From Nemertoderma westbladi (lineage: Eukaryota > Animalia > Xenacoelomorpha): 53,590 nucleotides of DNA. The notes under the pieces were generated by a model. That model was given only the letters and a program-made list of their open reading frames with translations. It was not told where the DNA came from and did no database searches. The DNA is taken from positions 1 to 53,590 of the forward strand of contig JAUCBJ010007859.1 in NCBI GenBank assembly GCA_032718475.1, in the 5' to 3' direction. A program made the translations under genes and the position numbers. Each line of letters starts with the position of its first letter. Position 1 is the stretch's first letter. Shown one piece after another: positions 36,041-48,424 of this stretch.

Positions 36041-37927
36041 CACTTTCCTTGCTTCACAGTTTTCCAACGTTACTCATGCGACTTTAATAAACCTAAACAC
36101 CGTGAAATATTTGACTTTTCAAAATTTAAATCTAAAGATCTATTACAAGACATAAAAAATCCTACCACGTGGTCTTACACCTGACCTTCAATCCCTAGTG
36201 GTGAGAAATTTGACGTCTTTTATGACGACCTAACCAAACTATGTTCCAAACATGTTCCAAAAAACGGATACCTTCCAAAAAAATACCTAGAAAACCGTGG
36301 ATGACAGGCAACCTTATAAACTGCACAATAAAAAAGAATATACTGTATCGTACTTATATAAAAAACCTACTGTATCTAATCACAATACTTTCAAACAATA
36401 CAGAAACACACTAACTTCAAGTATACGAGCAGCACAAAAATTATACTACTCTACTCAGTTTGCTAAAAATTATAATAACCTACGCAAAACCTGGTTAACT
36501 ATAAACACCGCAATTAACAAATCTCGTAAACTAAATTCACCCAAGAAACTTATCTTACGTACTGGAGATGCAACGGAGACTATAACAGACCCAACTCACA
36601 TTGCTAATATATCCTGAATGAACACTTTTCTTCCATTGGTTCTACACTTGCTAGTGATATACCTAAATCTAGTCGTTTCCCCCTACGCTATGTCAATCAT
36701 ACTAGGCCTAACTCATTTTCTCTGTCGGAAACTTCCCCGGTTGAGGTACACTATAATATCATACATATCAATCCTAACTCTGCTACGAATGATAACTTTC
36801 CTATTAAACTTATAATTCTAGCTGCGCAACCTCTGTCTATCCATATTGGTAACCTAATAAATCTATCCATATCGCAGGGTGTCTTCCCTAACTCTTTAAA
36901 AACCGCAAAAGTTATACCGTCATTTAAAGGTGGAGGCCCTACAGATACTAACAACTATCGCCCAATCTCATTACTTCAGTAAGCTCCTAGAGCAGATAAT
37001 AAACTCCCAGCTACAATCTTATGTCTCAAAATATCTAATAATTACCAAATCTCAATTCGGTTTCCGTCCTAAAACTTCTACTTCTGATGCTCTTTTATCT
37101 GTCATTGAAAAAATGCACCAAGCCCTAGATGACAAAAAGTCTACTTGTTCGATCTACATTGACCTTAAGAAAGCTTTCGATACTCTAGACCATAAAATCC
37201 TATTATCTAAGCTAAACTCCTATGGAATTCGTGGTCTACCTCTTCAACTAATTTCTAGTTCTTATCATCTAGATTACAATTCGTATCTATTGAAAGCTTT
37301 CGATCTTCTCTTCTCCCTCTAACATGTGGAAGTCCCCAAGGGTCTACTCTGTCTCCCATCCTCTTTCTATTGTATATAAATGATTTCCCCAACGCCTCAC
37401 AGCTACTCTCCGTGTTTTTTGCAGACGACACTACACTTTTCCATTCCCAATCAAATATCTAGTATCTACTGACGGATACTAATACTGAACTGGATAAGAT
37501 TGCTAATTGGCTCACCGATAACCGTCTTTCCCTGAACTTAACTAAAACTGAATATACTATATTTTCAAACTCTATAACTTACCAGACTAATCTGCCGACT
37601 ATATCAATCCAGAATAAACCAAACAAATTTTCAAGCAATACAAAATTCGAAAATTACTCGGTATATGGGTTGACAATAAACTCTCCTGGAAAATTCACAT
37701 TCAACATATCGTCAAGAAAATATCCAAAACATCAGGACTCTTCTACAAACTCAGATACATTTTCCCTCTTTATATCCTCCGCCAGCTATACTATACTCTA
37801 ATTCATCCATATCTACTTTATGGACTTCTTCTCTGGGGCGACACCCATTCAACTACACTAAAACCGCTACGCACTAAACTAAATAAGTTTATCCGTTGCA
37901 TCACCTTCAGTCACTCTCAAGCTTCCT

Positions 37928-40135
37928 CTAAACCACACAGCTTAATATACTCCCTCTCGACCTAAACCACTCTACAAACAGCTCAATATACTCCCTCTCG
38001 ACCTAAACCACTCTACAAACAGCTTAATATACTCCCTCTCGACCTAAACCACTATACAAACAGCTCAATATACTCCCTCTCGACCTAAACCACTATACAA
38101 ACAGCTCAATATACTCCCTCTCGACCTAAACCACTCTACAAACAGCTTAATATACTCCCTCTCGACCTAAACCACTATACAAACAGCTCAATATACTCCC
38201 TCTCGACCTAAACCACTCTACAAACAGCTCAATATACTCCCTCTCGACCTAAACCACTCTACAAACAGCTCAATATACTCCCTCTCGACCTAAACCACTC
38301 TACAAACAGCTCAATATACTCCCTCTCGACCTAAACCACTCTACAAACAGCTCAATATACTCCCTCTCGACCTAAACCACTCTACAAACAGCTCAATATA
38401 CTCCCTCTCGACCTAAACCACTCTACAAACAGCTCAATATACTCCCTCTCGACCTAAACCACTCTACAAACAGCTCAATATACTCCCTCTCGACCTAAAC
38501 CACTCTACAAACAGCTCAATATACTCCCTCTCGACCTAAACCACTCTACAAACAGCTCAATATACTCCCTCTCGACCTAAACCACTCTACAAACAGCTCA
38601 ATATACTCCCTCTCTACCTAAACCACTCTACAAACAGCTTAATATACTCCCTGACTCTCTCTACCTAAACCACTCTACAAACAGCTTAATATACTCCCTG
38701 ACTCTCTCTACCTAAACCACTCTACAAACAGCTTAATATACTCCCTCTCGACCTAAACCACTCTACAAACAGCTCAATATACTCCCTCTCGACCTAAACC
38801 ACTATACAAACAGCTTAATATACTCCCTCTCGACCTAAACCACTCTACAAACAGCTCAATATACTCCCTCTCGACCTAAACCACTATACAAACAGCTCAA
38901 TATACTCCCTCTCGACCTAAACCACTCTACAAACAGCTTAATATACTCCCTCTCGACCTAAACCACTCTACAAACAGCTTAATATACTCCCTGACTCTCT
39001 CTACCTAAACCACTCTACAAACAGCTTAATATACTCCCTCTCGACCTAAACCACTCTACAAACAGCTCAATATACTCCCTCTCGACCTAAACCACTCTAC
39101 AAACAGCTCAATATACTCCCTCTCTACCTAAACCACTCTACACTACGAACAGCTTAATATACTCCCTCTCGACCTAAACCACTCTACAAACAGCTCAATA
39201 TACTCCCTCTCGACCTAAACCACTCTACAAACAGCTTAATATACTCCCTCTCGACCTAAACCACTCTACAAACAGCTCAATATACTCCCTCTCGACCTAA
39301 ACCACTCTACAAACAGCTTAATATACTCCCTCTCTACCTAAACCACTCTACACTACAAACAGCTTAATATACTCCCTCTCGACCTAAACCACTCTACAAA
39401 CAGCTTAATATACTCCCTCTCGACCTAAACCACTCTACAAACAGCTCAATATACTCCCTCTCGACCTAAACCACTCTACAAACAGCTCAATATACTCCCT
39501 CTCGACCTAAACCACTATACAAACAGCTCAATATACTCCCTCTCGACCTAAACCACTCTACAAACAGCTCAATATACTCCCTCTCGACCTAAACCACTAT
39601 ACAAACAGCTCAATATACTCCCTCTCGACCTAAACCACTATACAAACAGCTCAATATACTCCCTATCGACCTAAACCACTCTACAAACAGCTCAATATAC
39701 TCCCTCTCGACCTAAACCACTCTACAAACAGCTCAATATACTCCCTCTCGACCTAAACCACTCTACAAACAGCTTAATATACTCCCTCTCGGCCTAAACC
39801 ACTCTACAAACAGCTCAATATACTCCCTCTCGACCTAAACCACTCTACAAACAGCTTAATATACTCCCTCTCTACCTAAACCACTCTACACTACAAACAG
39901 CTTAATATACTCCCTCTCTACCTAAACCACTCTACACTACAAACAGCTTAATATACTCCCTCTCGACCTAAACCACTCTACAAACAGCTCAATATACTCC
40001 CTCTCGACCTAAACCACTCTACAAACAGCTCAATATACTCCCTCTCGACCTAAACCACTCTACAAACAGCTCAATATACTCCCTCTCGACCTAAACCACT
40101 CTACAAACAGCTCAATATACTCCCTCTCAACCTAA
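37928..40135. repeat. 41-bp minisatellite x~53 derived from CR1 ORF2 (KPLYKQLNILPLD)
   Basis: Unit CTAAACCACTCTACAAACAGCTCAATATACTCCCTCTCGAC; some units carry +5/+6 nt insertions. Confidence 0.98.
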
Positions 40136-40794
40136 TGTTTAAGCTACAAAGTATCGCTATTTATGTTTGACATTCATGCCAACTCTAATCCTTCCAACTC
40201 TGAACTTGGTGAACTATTTTCTAAAACATCGACACTTCACAACTACAATACCCGAGCAGCTTGTAATCGCAATTTCTATACCCCTCTACAAGACTGTCGT
40301 CCACGCAACGTTCCATGAGTTTTCTAGGCCCTTCCATCTGGAATGCTATACCAGGTGATATTAAAATGAAAAAGCAAAACAAATATTTTCTAAAAGTCTC
40401 AAGCTGCACTACTTATTTAAACTCTAGACTATTTCTAAACTTTCTAACACTAAATATACATTACAGTAGCTACTGCGTATACATTTTGGTAACCTCATTA
40501 ATTGATGGCTAATAAATGCTAGTACAAAACGTAATTTGGAGTAACCCCCCCCCCCCCCCCCCCCCCATTCCCCTTCCCATCCCGTAATATCTTACCACCT
40601 GAACCTAGGGTAGTGACAACCACTAGCTCTGCTATTACTCGCTGCCCTGTTCTCTCTTTCCCTAATATCATCTTCATCCATATGTGCAATTTTGTAAACT
40701 ATATGGAAGGAATAAAAACCAATTTGAAAATAAAATCTATTTTCATGGTCCATGCAAAATTTCATCAAAATCGTTAGAGCCGTTTTTGCTCTTG

Positions 40795-40907
40795 GTCAGT
40801 AGCCAGTAGTCAGTAGCCAGTAGTCAGTAGCCAGTAGCCAGTAGTCAGTAGCCAGTAGCCAGTAGCCAGTAGCCAGTAGCCAGTAGCCAGTAGCCAGTAG
40901 TCAGTAG
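40795..40907. repeat. 7-bp repeat (CAGTAGC/CAGTAGT) x~16, possibly within a Helitron-like MITE fragment
   Basis: Read directly; preceded by CAAAATTTCATCAAAATCGTTAGAGCCGTTT, a motif type I recall from microsatellite-bearing non-autonomous rolling-circle elements. Confidence 0.85.
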
Positions 40908-40946
40908 CTTCTTTTTCTTACAGTAATCAAGTCTAACGACTTGCTA

Positions 40947-41123
40947 ATTAATCAAGTACGTTAAGTAAAAACCTTACCGTTAGGTGTGTCAGTGCCGAAG
41001 TATGTAAAAACTAAAAACTAATTGCATGCAACGTCTAGGTCTTGTTGTTGTTTTTTAGTTTTTTACATACTTTGGCACTGACATACCAACCGGTAAGGTT
41101 TTTACTTAACGTGCTTGATTAAT
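40947..41123. mobile_element. Foldback/MITE-like long inverted repeat (~70-bp arms, ~35-bp loop)
   Basis: ATTAATCAAGTACGTTAAGTAAAAACCTTACCG...AACTAAAAA is mirrored by TTTTTAGTTTTTACATAC...CTTGATTAAT with few mismatches; TTAA at both ends. Confidence 0.8.
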
Positions 41124-41688
41124 AAATAAAATACAATTAACTCTTTATTGTTGGATTTTCAAGCTTCTACTTCCCAGAAAGTAACCTTTGGTTCCTAATA
41201 ACTAATTATAATATATCTATGGTAATTAAATTACCGTATTACCCCAAGTACAATATTTCCTGCAGCCGTTTAGTATTTTAAATTAATTTAAAACATTTTT
41301 TTTTCAGATTAAAATTTTTCAAGTCAAACTAAAATGTTTCCAACAAGGGGGTTAATTCAGTCGGCAATTACGTGGCTTCATTTGATTGGTTGAAATCCCG
41401 CAATACTTATAAACTGAGCCAGTTTTTAATAATGTTAATATATACAAATAAACTCGTCTTTTATAAGCATCAATATATTTATTCGCATAAATGTTATTCG
41501 TATATTTATTATGTATATTATTCACATGTTATAGATTTCCGTCGAATTTCAATATTTATTTATGAATATGATTATAATATATTTATTTGATTTTTGTAAA
41601 TTTCTTCTGATTTTGAGTTTTTTATAATAGGCCCACCGGTACTGTAATTCGGGTCGTGGTAGGCCATACCTGTTCGCGCTTTTAGACC

Positions 41689-42241
41689 TTAAGGGGGGGG
41701 GGGGGGGGGGGGGGTACACCGTTTTGGTCCAAAATATGTTGAAATTTTTTTATGATCTATTATAATGCACGAATGGTGTTTCCAAATCTGAAAAGCTATT
41801 TAATAGCTCTTTTAGTTTACAATATCCATTTGCATTTATCTATTTAAAATGCTATTACTATGTATAATGAAAGGTCGATTATCTCCAAATATTTTTTTCA
41901 TGAAATTGTCAACTTCAAAACCCCACTACTTCTACAATTTTTGAGCAATTAGTCTGAAAATTTCTGTGGGTGTCTACATAGCCACCCTGCATAAAAGTAT
42001 CAGACAACTTTTCGAACTTTTTCGTTGATAAAATTTAATACTATTTATAACAAACATAAAAAATTAACATAAATTTGCAGCGCCACCTAGCGGTGCAGAA
42101 ATATTTTCACAAAATTTCGCCCGACCTGTCATGTAGAATAGCATTTTAGGCACATATATTCCAAATTTTAGCTAATACCAAACAATTTTGAAACGCTGAG
42201 AGTGATAAATCGAAGAGTTGTCCGAAAATGGTGTAGCCCTT
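41689..42241. mobile_element. Non-autonomous DNA transposon (Kolobok-like MITE)
   Basis: TTAA-G(n)-TACACCGTTTTGG on the left pairs with CCGAAAATGGTGTAGCCCTT on the right (imperfect TIR); the right TTAA is not intact. Confidence 0.55.
42078..42093 (-). promoter_or_regulatory. CTCF-consensus motif
   Basis: Minus strand CCGCTAGGTGGCGCTG closely matches the CTCF core CCASYAGRKGGCRS. Binding is not demonstrated. Confidence 0.5.
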
Positions 42242-42619
42242 CTCTACAGTTTAATTAACCTGCTATTTTAATTGTCACAGAAAACTTTCTTAAGCCAGAC
42301 CAAAGAGAGAACAAAAACCAGCGCGGCAGCAGGCAATCATCCCAGGCATGAAAATCGATCGACTTGCTTACAGGGCGGAAAAGCCAACCAACCACCAAGG
42401 TTAAGGCTGAATCACCAGCCGATCGCCTCAATGGTTGGAAGGCCCACTTTGAAAAGCTCCTCAATAATGACAGGGTATTGCCTGATAACTTTATAGAATT
42501 AAAAGTGTCTGAGTCTGTACTCCCAGATATTCCCATTGGCGATATCTCCTTTTCAGAAGTGAAGGCTGCTGCAAAGAGCATTAAGACCAATCGTGCCAGT
42601 GGAGTAGATGGTGTTCCTC

Positions 42620-42745
42620 TGATAGATAGATTTATTTATACATTATGTAAAAACAATAACAAATACACCAAACAATGTACCGGTATAAAGGTATTGTCCA
42701 ACATAACATATAGGATTACCCCTAAAGCTTTGCAGCTTATGAGCT
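42620..42745 (-). mobile_element. Short LINE 3'-end insertion with (ATCT)n tail
   Basis: Interrupts the RTE frame; the minus strand ends AATAAATCTATCTATC. Confidence 0.6.
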
Positions 42746-42965
42746 AATGAGGTCTTTAAAATACCTGAGTGTTTAAAGCTCATCTATCCCATCATAGTAG
42801 ACATGTACCGAACAACAAGAGTCCCACAAAAAATGAAAACAAATAAGTTGGTGCCAGTTCCCAAGAAGGGTAACCAACACTCTATGGTTCTTTCCGGGGA
42901 ATCTCATTGATCTCGATTGCTGCTAAGCTATACAATAGAATTATATTAAATCGCATCAGGGATCC

Positions 42966-44770
42966 CCGGATTAACCTTAAGGCATATAAGGCACGTGCCT
43001 TAGGGCCAGCCGAAAATACGGGCCATTTTCTCTCAGCGAGTCACTCCTGTGAAAAAATATTTTTATCTGAAAAATCCACATTTATTCTCACTAAAATTTG
43101 TAGAAAACAGAGCAAGAAAGTGCATCTTTCGACTACTTTCTATCCCTAAATTTGTGATAGAAAGTGCAAAATTCTAGCTCAGTCGATAGGACCAACAGGC
43201 CGACAGGATATATTGTTATTATAGTTCGAGACCTGATGGCAGGGAAATAATAAAACATGGGCAGTAATCAGTAAAACTTTAAAGTGCTAATTATGAACAA
43301 TGGAGAATTTAATTTTATTTATTTGTGGGGAATTATTTGTAGTTATGCTCTTAAACTTTCTAGAACAACCAAATAATGACGTGGTGACATTGGAATCACT
43401 GTACATACTGTAGTAAATGGCGTGGAGATATGGTAGTGCGAAATTAATTGTTTTTTTTTTTTACCGGAAACGAGTTTTATAAATATAGGCCCTAATAGAT
43501 AAAAAAAGGATAAATTACAGTAGTTGTAGATAAAATAGTTGTTGATAAAATAATCGTGTCAGAAATAACTTCTAGTCACTACTGTAATTTAATTTAACCG
43601 AAATTCAGATGTTCTGCCCTCGTGTATTGAATTTTGCTTCGATAGCATTTTAGGTGCAATTCCTGCAAAACCTAAAACTCTCGGACGACTGCATAATTGA
43701 ATTTGGGTAAATTAAAATTAGTGACAAAAAGTCTCCGAGACTGTTCTCTTATCGAAAAACATTACTTTCTCAGCAAGTCCAAATCTAGATCAGAAATATT
43801 ATATCTTTGCACTAAGCCCACACTTTTGGTGTGTTATATTTCTCAGCAAGTCCTGTAAAGATAAGTACCCTGCGAAACCTACAGCAAATAAATAACACAT
43901 TCCCAAGATCCGATCAAAATTGCTAAATGCCTACAGGGGCCAGTCAGCCTCAAGGGGGCCAACTTTAACTATTATTAATAAATTATTTTTTGACCTCAAA
44001 ACTGCTCTTTTCAACAACATAATATTGCTGATATTTATGACTCTCTGTATAAAACAACCTTTTTATCAGTTTGTCGATTTTGACTTTTTTCGTCACTAAA
44101 TTCCTATATAATAATAATAATTAATAATTCCTATGTAATATACTATTTTATTTTTTACTCAATTGTCATCCAACATACCAAAATGTCAGCCTCAGCTTTT
44201 GGACTACTATCGTTGGTTTTGTAAAACATGTCCATTTGAATTCAAAATTTATACAATTTTTGAAAAAAACCGACCTGCACAAAAAGTGCCATATTTTTCG
44301 AACAAACGAGTTTATGAAGCTATCTATACTCAGTTTTCATACTGTAGTATATAAAAGATCACAGATTATTGTGTTAAAGTTACAGAATACTAGCTTTATA
44401 AATAAAACAAATAGATTTGGGGTAATGGTCCCATTAATATATTAAACATTAAAGCGTGAGAAATTCTACCAAAACCATTACACTTTTTATAGCAACGGTT
44501 TTATAGGCATAATAATATGTCGTTTAGTATTGTTACAATTCTTGATGAACACAAATTTTGCAAAGTACTTATTAATAAAGTACTTAGTAGGCCTACTTAT
44601 TTTCACGCAGTCATCCAACGAAAATACTTTATATTTCTTTCGCAACATTTTCAGTTGTTTTTATCAGCTTTTTCTTTTAAAAGGGCTTTCGGAACAATAT
44701 CAATTTTCGGGCCATATTTGGAGATTACTAAAATGTGCCTTAGGGCCACCAGAGGCTTAATCCGGCACTG
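42966..44770. mobile_element. Non-autonomous hAT-like DNA element (~1.8 kb) nested in the RTE
   Basis: Left CCGGATTAA and right TTAATCCGGCACTG inverted ends; subterminal direct repeat GTGCCTTAGGGCCA at both ends; the RTE frame (RD|PIER) resumes after 44770. Left terminal bases and TSD are damaged. Confidence 0.7.
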
Positions 44771-45747
44771 CCCATTGAGAGACTGCTCCGTGGAAATCAG
44801 AATGGGTTCCGTAAAGGTCGTGGGACCATGGAGCCTATTTTGGCACTTAGAAGGATAATTGAAGAATTATCAAAAAAGAAAGACAGGCATCTGGCTGTTA
44901 TCTTTGTTGACTTCTTCAAGGCCTTTGATTCAGTCTCTCGCTCATGTATGTTCAGCATACTTTCATTATATGGGATTCCTTATGAAATTATTGCAGCAAT
45001 TAGATCAGTATACGATGGTTCGACAACATTTGTGTCTACTGTTGACGGTGACACAGAACCATATTTGAAGTGTTATGGGGCGTCCACCCACCAGGGAGAC
45101 ACACTTGCACCATTCTTGTTCATAATTGTGGTTGATATGTTCTACGCATGTCCTTTTAGATTATCATAATGATGATGGGGTGATGATAACTCCACCTACT
45201 GGCTCCAGAAGTCGAGGAAATCCTGCCAAGTACCTAACTGATCTAGACTTTGCTGATGACTTAGGAGTACTCTCAGAATCATTAGAGGGAGCCCAACGGC
45301 TCCTCAGCTCATTAGAACATGCTGCTTCTAGTGTTGGTCTTTTTATTAACTCCAGAAAGACCACAATTGTTTTGGTTAGATAAGCCCTGAAGCCTGCCTC
45401 TGTAACCTGTTCCTTTCCCTCAATTGGCAACAATATCGTTTATTGTGTACCTTACCTACTGTATAACCTATTCTGCAGTACCCTATTCAGGTATTCAGCA
45501 TTAGGCCTACATACGGTACCGGTAGCTGACAGACTCTGTTTATACCTGTACTACTCTGCACTCTGCTACTGTAGGCGGCTACTGCACTACGATATGGTGA
45601 AACTGGATTGTGATGCAGTGATGCGCCCCTTATGCCTGTAAAAAAATATAAAATAGGCCTAGTTTCAGAGTTTTGAAAAAAAAATTTCCCGAATTCTAAT
45701 TTTTTTTCCCGAATTCGTAAAGTTCCCGAAAATATCAGTGTTTTCCC

Positions 45748-45785
45748 ACGGACAGACGGAGACCGGCCAGCCGGCTGCGGCTAGT
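45748..45785 (+). mobile_element. Possible Helitron 3' terminus
   Basis: ACGGACAGACGGA, then GC hairpin AGCCG-GCTG-CGGCT overlapping CTAG|T (45781-45785). The 5' end was not identified. Confidence 0.35.
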
Positions 45786-46649
45786 AACTGAATTTTGAAA
45801 AAAAAGTCTGAGTCTTTTCCCAGAAAGACCCGTCAGCCTGTTTTCGAGCAAAAAAATTATATCCACGGGTACGGATTTGTGACATTACCCTGTTACCGGT
45901 CCGGTAGCTGGGTAGCTCTATGCCAGTATGCACTCTCAGACTCTAACCAACTTACCTAACTGCCTAATGTCAGAATGTGTGATTGTTTGCAGTCAGGCAA
46001 TGGCGTAATAATGAAATAATGCAGGGATGACTGACGTAATAATGAAATAATGCAGGGATGTAGGCCTAGTAGGCCTACTTAAGAATATAATACAATATGA
46101 TCAGATCAGCAGATGATTGTACGTATGTACGTTGTTGTTAGTTAGGGGTTAGGCAGTTAGGGCCTACCTCATACATAACCAAAACAATCTGACAATAAAC
46201 TGTGTTGGCCAGGTTACATGGTCTGATGGTCAGATGGGCAATTCCATAAATTAGGGACGTACGTTTTTACTATAAAACTATCCCTCCAACTTATAGATTA
46301 ATGTTTGAAACTGTATTTTTAAGTGAATTGCAGAATTGTGTGCAACAACTGAACAAGGTCAAGGCTGCAAGGTGGAACCTATTGTCAGATTGTGTCCAAA
46401 TCAAAAATTTATCGCAAACTGTCACTGTCTCGAAGTCAAATCCTTACCAACGTTGATGGTCGAGTTTTTACAAATGATCGAAAATCGAAAAATTTGTGAC
46501 AAATATGAAAGTCGATTTTTTACCGGTTGCATCAATAAATTGTTAAAATAGTAACAAAATGAATGGGAACTAGTCTTCCGGTCTTTTAGTCTTTACTACT
46601 ATTTTGTTCTCAAAATATGATCGAACTTGTGAATAATACCAGGTGCCGC

Positions 46650-47780
46650 TAAACCTGCTAAAGAAACGCAGTCTTCCTCAAACTTCCTCTATCGGAACTC
46701 AGCATCTATCCCTCAATCGCTCCGGCAGCCTCTTGTCAATACTTTGATTCAACCTCACCTCGACTTTGCTTCCCCTTGCTGGTACATAAGTGCCCCATCG
46801 CAACTAAAAAGGCAGGCAGATGCGTTATTGCGGAAATGCATACGGTATTGTCTGTTTCGTCGACCTCGTAGCCACATCGGTATAGAGGATCTATTTGAAA
46901 TAAACTGGTTACCAATACGGGAACGTGTTCAGCAAATAATACTAACACATATGTTTCGTATTCGTAACCACCAATCCCCAGCCTACCTGCAGGACTTGGT
47001 TACCTTCTCGGACAACTCTGCTCGTTTACGTAGTGGGGTTTCTCAGGCTGTTGTCCCCTTCCACCGCACAACAGTTGGTTGTGAAACTTTCGCTCATCAT
47101 GGACCAGTTCTATGGAATGCGTTGCCATCGGACATAAAAAACTCCCCAACAATTGAGACCTTTAAACACAAAGTTAAATCATACTTGCTTAACAAACTGA
47201 TCGAGGAGGAAAACTCTATATATGCCTAAAGGTTATGACATAAACTCTTATGCTTTAAGATTGTTTTTAAGACATGTATATACAGTACGTTTTTATTTTA
47301 TTTTATGTTTTTATTTTATTTATGTTCTTATTTTATTTTATGAGGAGGGAATAACCGAAGGGAGGAAAACTCCTTGCTAAAAGTTATGAGTGAAACTCCT
47401 ATGCCCAGAATATTTTAACTTAACGGATATTAGTCATGGTTATTAGTAATATTTATATTTATTCGCCTAATTGTGTTTTATATTATTTATTTTATCACAC
47501 TCAAGTTCTTCCTAAATTATTGCAATTCGACTTAAACTTATTTGCAATAATGTACATATGTAACATACTATAATACTATATGTATCAACTTCATAGAACC
47601 TATCGATTTTAATATTTCCTGATATAGTGAGGACCCTCATGAAAACGAGACATAGTCTCATGGGGTTATCCTCGACGGCAAATCACTGCTTAATTCTGTA
47701 ATTAAGTCTCAGTATATATAATATGCATTGTGTATTTATAATTTCTAACTTACCGCGGTAAACTTATTATAAATAACTAC
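46650..47780 (+). mobile_element. 5'-truncated CR1/L2-group LINE 3' end (ORF2 C-terminus to 47229 plus 3' UTR)
   Basis: LIQPHLDFASPCW, WLPIRERV, GPVLWNALPSDIK..FKHKVKSYL; 3' UTR stem-loop GAGGA...TCCTC at about 47629-47673. Confidence 0.85.
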
Positions 47781-48424
47781 AGTGGGGAGTACATAATATT
47801 TTTAGTAAGACAATAGAAATAAATACAGTTCATAAAATAGGCCTATAATTTTATTGGTGTCGAACGTTTTTATAATTATTCTGTTGTTGTTTCTTATATT
47901 TATACCTTGCACCTCGTATCCACTGTCTTCGTATGGTCCTAAATTCCTTATCATAATTACAATAATTTTTAGTAAAATTTCAATAATTTTATAGTTGCTG
48001 CACTTACACCTTTCATCTCGTATCCACTAAGTTTGTTGGTCCTAAATCCTGAAATAGAAATGTCTTACCATAATTATGTTGTAAATGGTGTTTAAAATTT
48101 ATTGAAGGTCATTTTATTTATCTTTGTTTGTTTTGTACTGTTTTCCGTTAAAATACTTTTTCTAGGACATGTTGAATACCATACTGTACATTGGTTTGTT
48201 GCCTTTACCTTTTCCTTACACTTCATATGTTATATTTTAATGCTATCTTTAGTGCTTGTTTTTAACTGATTTAATGTCAAATAAAAAATTCCATTCCAAT
48301 TCCAGTCATTTTGTTTCAAGGTTTCTTCTTATTATTGGTCAGTGAGTCTACAGCAGTACAGTCCAGATAGATATATCCATGATATCTGTATATACCGATA
48401 ATAGTTGAATAGTACTGCCGTATA

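Larger units (their letters stand above)
35895..40735 (+). mobile_element. CR1-group LINE ORF2 (RT) pseudogene with 3' UTR, interrupted by a 41-bp array
   Basis: KPWMT, AKVIP..NYRPIS, QFGFR, IYIDLKKAFDT, PQGSTLSPILFLLYIND, FADDT, GIWVDNKLSW; resumes after the array with LMFKLQ...GPSIWNAIP; AATAAA at about 40711. Confidence 0.92.
42290..45375 (+). mobile_element. RTE-clade LINE ORF2 pseudogene split by two insertions
   Basis: WKAHFEKLLN, RASGVDGVP | PVPKKG, RGISLISIAAKLYNRIILNRIRD | PIERLLRGNQNGFRKGR, FVDFFKAFDS, QGDTLAP, DFADDL, INSRKT; 3'-truncated. Confidence 0.9.

Noticed and set aside
23571-41714. Poly-C/poly-G runs at about 23571, 40544 and 41693
   Set aside because: Simple homopolymers, two of them within TE ends or UTRs; lengths are unreliable and no function is evident.
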